DNA from: Candidatus Thorarchaeota archaeon
GTDB taxonomy: Archaea > Asgardarchaeota > Thorarchaeia > Thorarchaeales > Thorarchaeaceae
DNA length: 33,111 bases
Reading direction: 5' to 3'
Assembly: GCA_038893995.1 (NCBI GenBank)
Contig: JAWAQK010000014.1
Location: 1-33,111, forward strand
Position numbers and translations under genes: made by a program. The notes under the pieces are model-generated. The model was not told the origin of the DNA. It made no database searches and saw nothing but the letters and a program-made list of their open reading frames with translations. Below, piece after piece: positions 25,452-33,111 of this stretch. The first letter of the stretch is position 1. The number at the start of each line of letters is the position of its first letter.

Positions 25452-27293
25452 CTACAGTTTCACGAAGGCCACTATTCTGAATTGGCCATTGGTGACCTGA
25501 ATTGTGGCCCTGAATGTGTCACCCGGCTTGACGGTCAGAAGCTCATACCAGTCGGTGAGGTTCATCCATGCCCTTGTGCCCTCGATCCACGGATAGGTCG
25601 AGTTGTCGGTCCTTATCAGGACATACGTGTCGCCCCCGTACACATAGGACGTCACGTTGAGAGCAGTTGCAGTCAGGGTGATTCCCTCCCCTGGAGGGGG
25701 AGTCATACCAAGCGCGGTCCTTACGGAATCCACGTAACTCAGTCTTGCTTGCTGAACCATTGCCGTACTGGTCTTCGTCTCCTTGACCACAACGCCCTTA
25801 AGATCACCACGCAACGCGTCGACTATCGCAAGGGCATACAGTCTAAAGTCTGTGAGAACCTCCTCCTCTGACTCCTCATCGTACTCAGTCACATACCAGT
25901 AGATCGGGCAGTACCAGGCCTGCCTGACATAGGTTGCATTGATGCTCACCGGGTATAGAAGCGGCATACCTCCTACATAGCTACCCTTGGTAGGCTTGGC
26001 AAAGCTCTGGATGACCTCGTTGATGGCTGCCTGTCCGCTGACCATATTGAGATTGCGCATGTCATAGTAGTATATCCCGTTCTTTGTGCCCCTCATGATA
26101 CCACTGAGTGTAAGCTTTGTGGCATCTGGTGGATGAAGCACAGCCATTGCCTCAACCCTTCCCGTGTCCGGATTGATGATGTACCGTGTGTCCTCGGTCA
26201 TCTGGACACGGTCTCTCGATGGCTGAATCACCCAGAGCAGTCCCCCGGCGAACAGATCAAACCCTGGGTCTCTCCTGAATGATCCCCACCGTGATATCTG
26301 ACGCTCAAACCACTCTTCGCTATAGGCCTGTGTGATCCAGTCCGGAGTTTCATCGAGCGTGGGATAGACCCTCACAGTCCCATTCGAGCAATAGACCTTC
26401 GGTCCAAGCGGACGCTCCACGAAATCAGCACCCAACTGAGTCCTAGTCTGGATGTAGACGAGAGCCCCAGTGGGATCCCATGTAGGGTATGCATACTCGT
26501 ATGCGCATCCCGCATCCTCAAGATAGTTGGCGAACTGAATGTTGCGGTCCCAGAAGAGACCCTCTCCAACGGGGAGGTCTACGTTGGTTATTACCTCCAC
26601 CATTTCAGGATCATTTGCATCAACAACAACGAGGCCCTGGATGTAGTTCTCAGCAAGCACATTCGTTGACACCACCACGCACACCCAGACAAGCCGTCCG
26701 TTACGAGTCGTGATATGCGACGCTGCTATCTCTACGTTCGAGCCAATAACGCTGAGTTGCCTACGCGCCACAAACTCCGCCAGGGTATCTGTGACCAGTC
26801 TGACTTGGTCGTCCGCTATGGGGTGCTCGAAGAGCGGTCCCTCAGCCCTGGTTATGAACTCGTCGACGTACTCGGCGTTTGCGACTCCTGATGTCCACGA
26901 TATTATCCCAGAGGCGACTGGCACGGATATTATGACGACTACGAGCATACATGACGTCATGACCAATGCCCGGTCCATTTCAGGTGTTCTGCCAACAAGA
27001 GTCCTGATTCCGCCCACTGTGAGGACGAATGATTGCAGTCCATAGCTGAGGATGAGTCCCAGTATCGCCCACGGGATTGTCATCCTGAGGGTCAGACATG
27101 CAAGACCCCAGAAGACTAGACCCCAGAGTAGCCTGGGCATCAACCATCTGATTGGTGTCCTCAAGGGCTCCCTCCAGTTCCCGAGCGGCACTGGAATCAG
27201 ATGCACAGCAAGGGACATGACAAGTAGCAATGCCACGCTCATTTTCGCATCTGCAGTTCGTTTCATAGCGAAGCTTTTAGCCTTATTGTACAT
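25452..27293 (-). CDS. Hypothetical membrane protein (about 4 N-terminal TM helices, large extracytoplasmic beta-rich domain)
   Basis: 613-aa ORF with a hydrophobic first ~130 aa and N-x-T sequons downstream; start overlaps the end of leuD. Confidence 0.8.
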   Translation of the reverse strand: MYNKAKSFAMKRTADAKMSVALLLVMSLAVHLIPVPLGNWREPLRTPIRWLMPRLLWGLVFWGLACLTLRMTIPWAILGLILSYGLQSFVLTVGGIRTLVGRTPEMDRALVMTSCMLVVVIISVPVASGIISWTSGVANAEYVDEFITRAEGPLFEHPIADDQVRLVTDTLAEFVARRQLSVIGSNVEIAASHITTRNGRLVWVCVVVSTNVLAENYIQGLVVVDANDPEMVEVITNVDLPVGEGLFWDRNIQFANYLEDAGCAYEYAYPTWDPTGALVYIQTRTQLGADFVERPLGPKVYCSNGTVRVYPTLDETPDWITQAYSEEWFERQISRWGSFRRDPGFDLFAGGLLWVIQPSRDRVQMTEDTRYIINPDTGRVEAMAVLHPPDATKLTLSGIMRGTKNGIYYYDMRNLNMVSGQAAINEVIQSFAKPTKGSYVGGMPLLYPVSINATYVRQAWYCPIYWYVTEYDEESEEEVLTDFRLYALAIVDALRGDLKGVVVKETKTSTAMVQQARLSYVDSVRTALGMTPPPGEGITLTATALNVTSYVYGGDTYVLIRTDNSTYPWIEGTRAWMNLTDWYELLTVKPGDTFRATIQVTNGQFRIVAFVKL

Positions 27294-27792
27294 GAGAGGC
27301 CAAATAGAGTTGTACAGCCCCGCCGGCCCTGAGCATCTTGAGGATAAACTCTGGAAGAGACTTTCCCTGCAGGACTATGCTGGTCCCCATAACGTGCAAC
27401 GTGCCTCTCTCTAGGTTCACTTCCACTGTGGCCCCATCTTCCACGCTTCTTGACACGGACGGGACTATCAGGAGCGGAAGGCCAATGTTGAAGGAGTTCC
27501 TATAGAACAGCCGGGCAAACGACTCTGCGACGATGCAGGCCACACCGAGCTCCTTGAGTACGCGAGGAGCTTCCTCTCGAGAGGAACCTCCCCCCAAGTT
27601 CCTACCGGCCACTATGACATCGCCTTTCCTGACACTTCTGGCAAAATCTGGCCGTGGGATCTCGAGAGCATGTCTTGCCATCTCAGCATAGTCCAACATC
27701 GTCAGATACTGCCCCGAGATGATCTGGTCTGTGTCGATGTTGTCACCCAGGACCCATGCCCTGCCAACAATGCTAGATCCGGAAACCTCCAC
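27283..27792 (-). CDS. leuD: 3-isopropylmalate dehydratase / homoaconitase family small subunit
   Basis: GDNIDTDQII, GRNLGGGSSRE.A, AESFARLFYRN..NIGLP motifs; substrate not resolved. Confidence 0.9.
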   Translation of the reverse strand: MEVSGSSIVGRAWVLGDNIDTDQIISGQYLTMLDYAEMARHALEIPRPDFARSVRKGDVIVAGRNLGGGSSREEAPRVLKELGVACIVAESFARLFYRNSFNIGLPLLIVPSVSRSVEDGATVEVNLERGTLHVMGTSIVLQGKSLPEFILKMLRAGGAVQLYLASHVQ

Positions 27793-27795
27793 TGC

Positions 27796-29064
27796 TCACA
27801 CCTCCCTGGGGTCTGTTATGCGTCCCTTGAGTGCACTTGCTGCCACAGTCGCAGGAGAACCCAGATACACTAGCGAGTCCGGATGCCCCATTCGTCCCCT
27901 GAAGTTCCTGTTAGTGGAGGAGATACATACATCTCCGGGACCTAGGACTCCAAGATGACCACCTACGCACGCTCCGCAGGTCGAATTGGTGACAATTGCA
28001 CCAGCTCTCATGAGGGCAGCGATGTAGCCCGCATCGAGAGCGTCAATGTAGGTTCTTCTGCTTGCCGGAGTCACGATCAACCTGACGTCCGGATGAACTC
28101 GGCTTCCCTCCAGTATTTGGGTGGCAATCTCCAGGTCCTCGAGTCTGCCATTCGTGCAGGAACCGATGAATGCCTGATCTATCTTGACATCTCCGACCTC
28201 CGACACAGGTCTGACGTTTGCTGGGCTGTGTGGAAGTGCCACCATCGGCTCTAATGGTTCGTCGTTCAGGTCAATGTGAATCTCGTCCACATACTCAGCA
28301 TCGCTGTCAGGTTCTACTGGCGCCCATGGCCGCCCTGATGAGTGTTTCTCGAGCCATCTCTCGACTGACTGGTTGACGGTCATCAGTCCGCACTTGGCAC
28401 CAGCCTCGACAGACATGTTGGTGATGGTCATCCTTGAGTCGATCGACATCCCCGCTATTGTTGACCCGTGATATTCCATTGAGAGGTAGTTTGCTCCATC
28501 GGGGCCCGTATCTCCGAGCAGTTTCAGGATTAGGTCCTTACTCATCACTCTGGGTCCGAGCGGCCCGTCGACCTGTATCCTCAACGACTCGGGTACCCTC
28601 AACCAACACTTGCCCGTCGCAAGGATGATGGCACAGTCGGTCGCGGCAAGTCCTGTCGAAAATACGTTGAAGGCCCCATATGTCGTAGAATGCGAGTCGG
28701 ATCCAATGATGAGATCCCCTGGTTTCACCAGTCCCATCTCTGGAAGCACCTGATGAGAGATACCACAGTCCACATCACAGAGCCTTATGTTCTGTTCCCT
28801 TGCAAAGGCTCTGTTTCTCTGGTGGATCTTGGCGCTCTGGATGTCTGACGCGGGCGCCCAGTGGTCGTTGACAATGAGCACCTTCTCAGGGGCCCATACA
28901 GGCGGCGATCCCATCTCTCTGAGTATTGGAATGATCCTAGAACCTAGGACCTCATGGACCATGAGAAGATCTACCGATACCTCGACTATCTCTCCAGCGA
29001 CTGCTCTACCAGACTCAGTATGTCTGGATATGATCTTCTCTGCAAGCGTCTGCCCCATGATCAC
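27796..29064 (-). CDS. leuC: 3-isopropylmalate dehydratase / homoaconitase family large subunit
   Basis: GISHQV, GSDSHSTTYGA, IGSCTNGR, CGACVG and STNRNFRGRMG ([4Fe-4S] ligands). Confidence 0.92.
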   Translation of the reverse strand: MIMGQTLAEKIISRHTESGRAVAGEIVEVSVDLLMVHEVLGSRIIPILREMGSPPVWAPEKVLIVNDHWAPASDIQSAKIHQRNRAFAREQNIRLCDVDCGISHQVLPEMGLVKPGDLIIGSDSHSTTYGAFNVFSTGLAATDCAIILATGKCWLRVPESLRIQVDGPLGPRVMSKDLILKLLGDTGPDGANYLSMEYHGSTIAGMSIDSRMTITNMSVEAGAKCGLMTVNQSVERWLEKHSSGRPWAPVEPDSDAEYVDEIHIDLNDEPLEPMVALPHSPANVRPVSEVGDVKIDQAFIGSCTNGRLEDLEIATQILEGSRVHPDVRLIVTPASRRTYIDALDAGYIAALMRAGAIVTNSTCGACVGGHLGVLGPGDVCISSTNRNFRGRMGHPDSLVYLGSPATVAASALKGRITDPREV

Positions 29065-30221
29065 ATACTCTCCGCTAGTCGGCCCAGCTCGTCAATGATA
29101 GCATCTGTTACCTGATCGGTCGAGGACGGCCTAACGCCGCTATAAGGGCCCACACATAGGTCATATGTCCGTATTCTACCATCCTTGAGTACGTTCTCTA
29201 CTGACCGATTGAGCATGGTCGCAGCCTCACTACATCGTTTGTCCGCAGATGTGCTCCCCAACCAGTCCAGCATCATTGCCCCTGCGAGGATCGAGGCGAT
29301 AGGATTGGACTCTCTCTTTCCGTAATGAGACGGTGCTGAACCGTGAACTGGCTCGAAGACGGCATGTTTGTCTCCAATATTCCCTGCCGGCGCAATGCCC
29401 ATTCCCCCCTGTATGGCTGCACCGAGGTCCGTCATTATGTCGCCAAACTCATTTGGAGCGACTACCACATCAAACCGCTCGGGAGTCCTGACGCACCACT
29501 GCATCCATGAGTCCACATAGGCATAGTCAGGTTGAACGTCAGGGTAATCACCAGAGACCTCCTTGAACACGTTTCGGAACAGCTGACATCCCGCAAGTAG
29601 ATTGCTCTTGTCAACACAAGTGACCCTCCTGACGCCATCAATCGGCGCGCCGTTTCTCCTGGCAGCCATGTTGAAGGCAAATCGGATTACCCTCTCAGCA
29701 CCGGCCCTCGTGATGATCCTCACATCTGCTGCCATCTCACTACTACCTCCGCGCTGCAACACACCTCTCACGGGCACATAGAGTCCCTCTGTGTTCTCCC
29801 TGATGATTACCATGTTGATGTCCTGAGGCCTCTTGCTCCCCAGAGGAGACACTACCCCGTCGAAAAGTCTCACTGGCCTGACATTGGCATACAGATCCAG
29901 CTCCATTCTGAGTCCAATCACGACGTTATACCCCGCAAGATTGCCATCTGGGAGCCTCACAGGGCTCCCATCAGGATGGTTCGCACCGACGGCGCCAAGT
30001 AGAACCGCATCGGCCTCTTGCTTCACATATCCCTCAGCCTCGGGGCTCCACTCGCGGCCGGTCTTCAGGTATGTCTCTCCACCACAGTCAAACACACTAA
30101 ACGAGAGATCAATACCCTTCAGGTCCCGAAGTCGCTTCAGTACTCTGACGGACTCAGGAATGACTTCTCTTCCTATGCCGTCGCCAGGCAGCACCCCAAT
30201 CCTGTATCTCCGAACCAACAT
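29061..30221 (-). CDS. leuB: Beta-decarboxylating dehydrogenase (isocitrate/isopropylmalate/tartrate family)
   Basis: [46 protein letters not shown] motifs; start moved to ATG 30221; substrate uncertain. Confidence 0.88.
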   Translation of the reverse strand: MLVRRYRIGVLPGDGIGREVIPESVRVLKRLRDLKGIDLSFSVFDCGGETYLKTGREWSPEAEGYVKQEADAVLLGAVGANHPDGSPVRLPDGNLAGYNVVIGLRMELDLYANVRPVRLFDGVVSPLGSKRPQDINMVIIRENTEGLYVPVRGVLQRGGSSEMAADVRIITRAGAERVIRFAFNMAARRNGAPIDGVRRVTCVDKSNLLAGCQLFRNVFKEVSGDYPDVQPDYAYVDSWMQWCVRTPERFDVVVAPNEFGDIMTDLGAAIQGGMGIAPAGNIGDKHAVFEPVHGSAPSHYGKRESNPIASILAGAMMLDWLGSTSADKRCSEAATMLNRSVENVLKDGRIRTYDLCVGPYSGVRPSSTDQVTDAIIDELGRLAESM

Positions 30222-30229
30222 AGTTCCCT

Positions 30230-30559
30230 CTAGTAGTTGCCTAACCACCCAAGGTCGTGTCCGTGGTCGTCTATGATATTGACCATCGTGTCAATCCTTT
30301 CCCCGTCCACGTATCGTATCTTGCATCTTATCGTGAACACGCGGTGGCACTTGGTGCACCTTACCTGCCAGTCTTCCACGACGTTCTCTAGGCCATGTCC
30401 CGATATGGTCTCGGGTTCCACACTGACGTCGAGCAGGCTGATCTCCCTTCCATCACATGCGTAAGTGCACTCCTTCAGGGGTATACCCTCCATTCCTCTC
30501 TGCCCGAGCGGGACAAAGACCTGATCGGGCAGCTCATCAAGCGATCTACTGGTGACCAT
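30230..30559 (-). CDS. Small Cys-containing hypothetical protein, probable Zn-binding
   Basis: CTYAC and CTKC pairs; ends 8 nt before the leuB-like start. Confidence 0.7.
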   Translation of the reverse strand: MVTSRSLDELPDQVFVPLGQRGMEGIPLKECTYACDGREISLLDVSVEPETISGHGLENVVEDWQVRCTKCHRVFTIRCKIRYVDGERIDTMVNIIDDHGHDLGWLGNY

Positions 30560-30623
30560 CCAATATCACTTGAGTGGTTTCTCACGGCAACGAATAAATC
30601 AGATGGTTGAGGTGTTATTCCAC

Positions 30624-31535
30624 ATGCGGTTAGTCACGTATTCGAAGATGGGCGTTCCCTCTATCGGAGTAGAGTTGCCGGGTGGTGTCCTAGATATTCC
30701 GGACGCCGCCTCCAGGTTTGGTAGGACCTACCACATACGGGGCCTGAGCTTTCCCAACGAGATCTTGGACCTGCTAGACTGGGAGGCTGGTCTCGACGTC
30801 GTCCGACAGATAGTGGAACGTTACACGAGGTCGAGTCCTAGTGAGCGTCCAATCCTGTTACCCTATGACTCGGTCCGTCTGGAGGCTCCTGTACCGAGGC
30901 CACGAAAGATCATCGCATTGGGCCTAAACTACCGAGACCATGTTGAGGAGACCGGTCAACAGATACCTGACCATCCGATCATATTCGCCAAGTTCTCGTC
31001 AAGCGTCGTGGGACCTGATGCCCTGATACGAAAACCGCGTGGTACCGATAAGATCGACTGGGAGGTCGAGCTTGGTGTAGTCATCGGAAGGACTTGCCGC
31101 AATGTCCCAGAGAAGAGCGCGCTTGACTATGTCGCAGGCTACACAATCGTGAACGACCTCACAGCCAGAGACCTCCAGAAATCAGATGGCCAGTGGGTAC
31201 GTGCAAAGTCGCTCGATGGCTTCTGTCCCATGGGTCCCGCAATTGTCACAGTTGATGAACTGGGTGATGGCTCTGGGCTTAGGCTTCAGACTCATGTGAA
31301 CGGAGTACTGAAGCAGGACTCCAACACGTCTAACATGATCTTCACTGTGCCACAGATAGTGTCCTACCTGTCACAGTATCTCACACTCGAGCCTGGCGAT
31401 GTGATTGCCACCGGCACTCCTTCAGGAGTCGGCTTCACAAGGAAACCCCCGGAGTATCTCCGCCCAGGAGATGAGGTCACGCTCACCATTGAGAGAATAG
31501 GCACCCTGAGGAGTTTCATAGTGTCCCCTGACTGA
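30624..31535 (+). CDS. Fumarylacetoacetate hydrolase family protein
   Basis: KIIALGLNY.DH, DWEVELG, NDLTARD.Q, KS.DGFCPMGP, GDVIATGTP.GVG motifs; GAGGTG SD supports ATG 30624. Confidence 0.93.
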   Translation: MRLVTYSKMGVPSIGVELPGGVLDIPDAASRFGRTYHIRGLSFPNEILDLLDWEAGLDVVRQIVERYTRSSPSERPILLPYDSVRLEAPVPRPRKIIALGLNYRDHVEETGQQIPDHPIIFAKFSSSVVGPDALIRKPRGTDKIDWEVELGVVIGRTCRNVPEKSALDYVAGYTIVNDLTARDLQKSDGQWVRAKSLDGFCPMGPAIVTVDELGDGSGLRLQTHVNGVLKQDSNTSNMIFTVPQIVSYLSQYLTLEPGDVIATGTPSGVGFTRKPPEYLRPGDEVTLTIERIGTLRSFIVSPD

Positions 31536-33111
31536 CTCCGACCTTGGAGAAGCGGGCTCGGACAGTCTGGCCGTTGTGAAACTTTGCCATGACTGCTGTG
31601 ACCTCCGGGGCAATCGCCTGCGTCTTGCATTGCGCAGCATCGGTCGTCGCCTCGATCAGGGTCCATCCTCTGTGTATGATTGCTACTTTCTCCTCCTGAT
31701 CGGTGTTCCTATGCACCACGAAACTGAGCTCTCCCAGGGTGGCATCCCATTTATGATCCGATATCTCAACAGCCCCCTGGGTGAAATGCATGCTTGTGCC
31801 CAAGACATGAGGTTCCTTCCTTTCAGGTCGGATGGCATAGAGCCTCACAGAATGGGGCTGCAGTCCTCGCACCTCCAAACTGCCGATGGCCCTCCCTGCA
31901 TACTCCTGTTTCCAGAACTCGTATAGGTCGCAGGGTCCGTCCTCCCTTCCGAGCCTCGCAAGAGGCACTGAGATGTCCAGCTGCTGCTCTGACAGATTGA
32001 GTAGAGCAGCGATTGTCCACTTGCCCATGTCTGACTCGATGGGTAGTGCGAATACCCTTGGCTCCTTCTGGGTCAGAGAGTCCACTGCAAGTCCTCCCCT
32101 GCCATAGACTGGCATGATCTTCTTGAGCATGCATATTCTCTCGCTGGACAGGTCTGGCATTCTATCACTCACTAGCAGTAGACCGCCGCTGAGGGCCACA
32201 ACGGACAGCCAGAGCTGGACCTCGTCAATTGTAAGCTCGGTATCCGACTGTCTGACAATGACACAGTCGGGGTCGTTTGCCCACCACCTGTTGTGCATGA
32301 AGGATCTGCTTATGGTATTGATACTACACTCATACACCCCACCGCCCCAATCATAATGCCATGCAGGAGCTATGTCAGTACCTATCCTCATTCCGTCCAC
32401 CACTCCTATGGACGACCCAATTGGTGCTCCGCAACCCAGGACATAGTCGTCCCCGACCACACGACGGATAGTTTCTAGTCCTGCCCTCAGTGCCTGTGCT
32501 CTTGTCATCCTGGGGTTATGCCTCTTGCCAGGGACGGTCGAGTGGTATAGGAAGTCTATCTTGAAGTACTCAAATCCCGCCTCCTTTAGAAGTCTGAATT
32601 CGCTCTCAATCCTATTGAGTACAAGCGGGTTGGTGAGGTCTAGTGCGTAGTAGTCTCCAAGCCACAGAGGATTGTTGCCGACTCTCAGCGGTCTTCCGTC
32701 CTCGCCATGTACGAACAGGTCGGGGTTACTCTTGAACAGCTCGGAGTGTTCCGAGGCCACAAACGGCGCGATCCATATTCCCGGTGTGAATCCCGCATCA
32801 CTGATTTCAGCCGCAAGCTTGGCCAGACCTGATGGGAACCTGTCGTTCTCTCTCCAGTCCCCCACGGTCTTCTGATATCCGTCATCCAGCTGAATCAGCT
32901 TCAGTCCAGGAATCTCCTCTCGGATGAACTGCATGTTCAGTCTGATCTCATCCTCATCCGGCTGGGTGTAGTAGAAGTACCAACTACACCATCCCGTGAT
33001 TGGTTCTGCGGGGATCCTCGCCTCCATTCTTCTTGACGTGATCTCAGCATACGTCTGAAGTCCCCGTTGAAGATCATCGGGCACAAGGAACAACATCTCC
33101 TCCGACACCAA
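31516..33111 (-). CDS. Glycoside hydrolase family 36 (alpha-galactosidase-like), 5'-truncated by the window edge
   Basis: GWCSWY, QLDDGYQ, GIWIAPF, YFKIDF (nucleophile), MRIGTD (acid/base), NDPDC motifs. Confidence 0.88.
   Translation of the reverse strand: MVSEEMLFLVPDDLQRGLQTYAEITSRRMEARIPAEPITGWCSWYFYYTQPDEDEIRLNMQFIREEIPGLKLIQLDDGYQKTVGDWRENDRFPSGLAKLAAEISDAGFTPGIWIAPFVASEHSELFKSNPDLFVHGEDGRPLRVGNNPLWLGDYYALDLTNPLVLNRIESEFRLLKEAGFEYFKIDFLYHSTVPGKRHNPRMTRAQALRAGLETIRRVVGDDYVLGCGAPIGSSIGVVDGMRIGTDIAPAWHYDWGGGVYECSINTISRSFMHNRWWANDPDCVIVRQSDTELTIDEVQLWLSVVALSGGLLLVSDRMPDLSSERICMLKKIMPVYGRGGLAVDSLTQKEPRVFALPIESDMGKWTIAALLNLSEQQLDISVPLARLGREDGPCDLYEFWKQEYAGRAIGSLEVRGLQPHSVRLYAIRPERKEPHVLGTSMHFTQGAVEISDHKWDATLGELSFVVHRNTDQEEKVAIIHRGWTLIEATTDAAQCKTQAIAPEVTAVMAKFHNGQTVRARFSKVGVSQGTL

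Noticed and set aside
31516-31535. 20-nt convergent overlap of the FAH and GH36 3' ends
   Set aside because: Common in compact archaeal genomes; no further signal.
312-32885. Numerous short antisense or alternate-frame ORFs (e.g. 9424-9969, 13428-13955, 17349-17879, 20276-20842)
   Set aside because: They are nested in well-supported genes with no motifs or SD sites; these are expected shadow ORFs.
1-33111. CRISPR array, tRNA or rRNA
   Set aside because: No regularly spaced repeats or cloverleaf/rRNA signatures were seen in the short intergenic gaps by eye.

Overview
Archaeal DNA, most likely from an Asgard archaeon (Thorarchaeia-like). This is inferred from TATA-box/leaderless promoters, GGAGGTG Shine-Dalgarno sites, a longin-Arf GTPase fusion, an NPRL2/uDENN-like protein and a giant glycosylated Ig-repeat membrane protein. 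The window has three blocks. (1) 1-11997: a methylmalonyl/propionyl-CoA and biotin cluster (mutase 3' end, epimerase, BirA, acyl-CoA carboxyltransferase, pyruvate carboxyltransferase with an epsilon-like tail, biotin carrier, thiolase-fold protein without its catalytic Cys), with no biotin carboxylase in view. (2) 12135-23616: a co-oriented 7-gene locus (longin/uDENN plus winged-helix protein, 2162-aa DUF2341/Ig-repeat single-pass surface protein with acidic tail, longin-Arf GTPase, two helical-hairpin proteins, long coiled-coil/winged-helix protein, small winged-helix protein) lying between the thiolase and its usual DUF35 partner. This is the best candidate for an undescribed surface receptor/small-GTPase/membrane-remodelling system. 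(3) 23657-33111: DUF35, acyl-CoA dehydrogenase, a LeuBCD-like operon with an unknown membrane protein, an FAH-family hydrolase and a partial GH36 alpha-galactosidase. No rRNA, tRNA, CRISPR array or transposase was recognised. All family calls come from reading motifs by eye; no searches were run.
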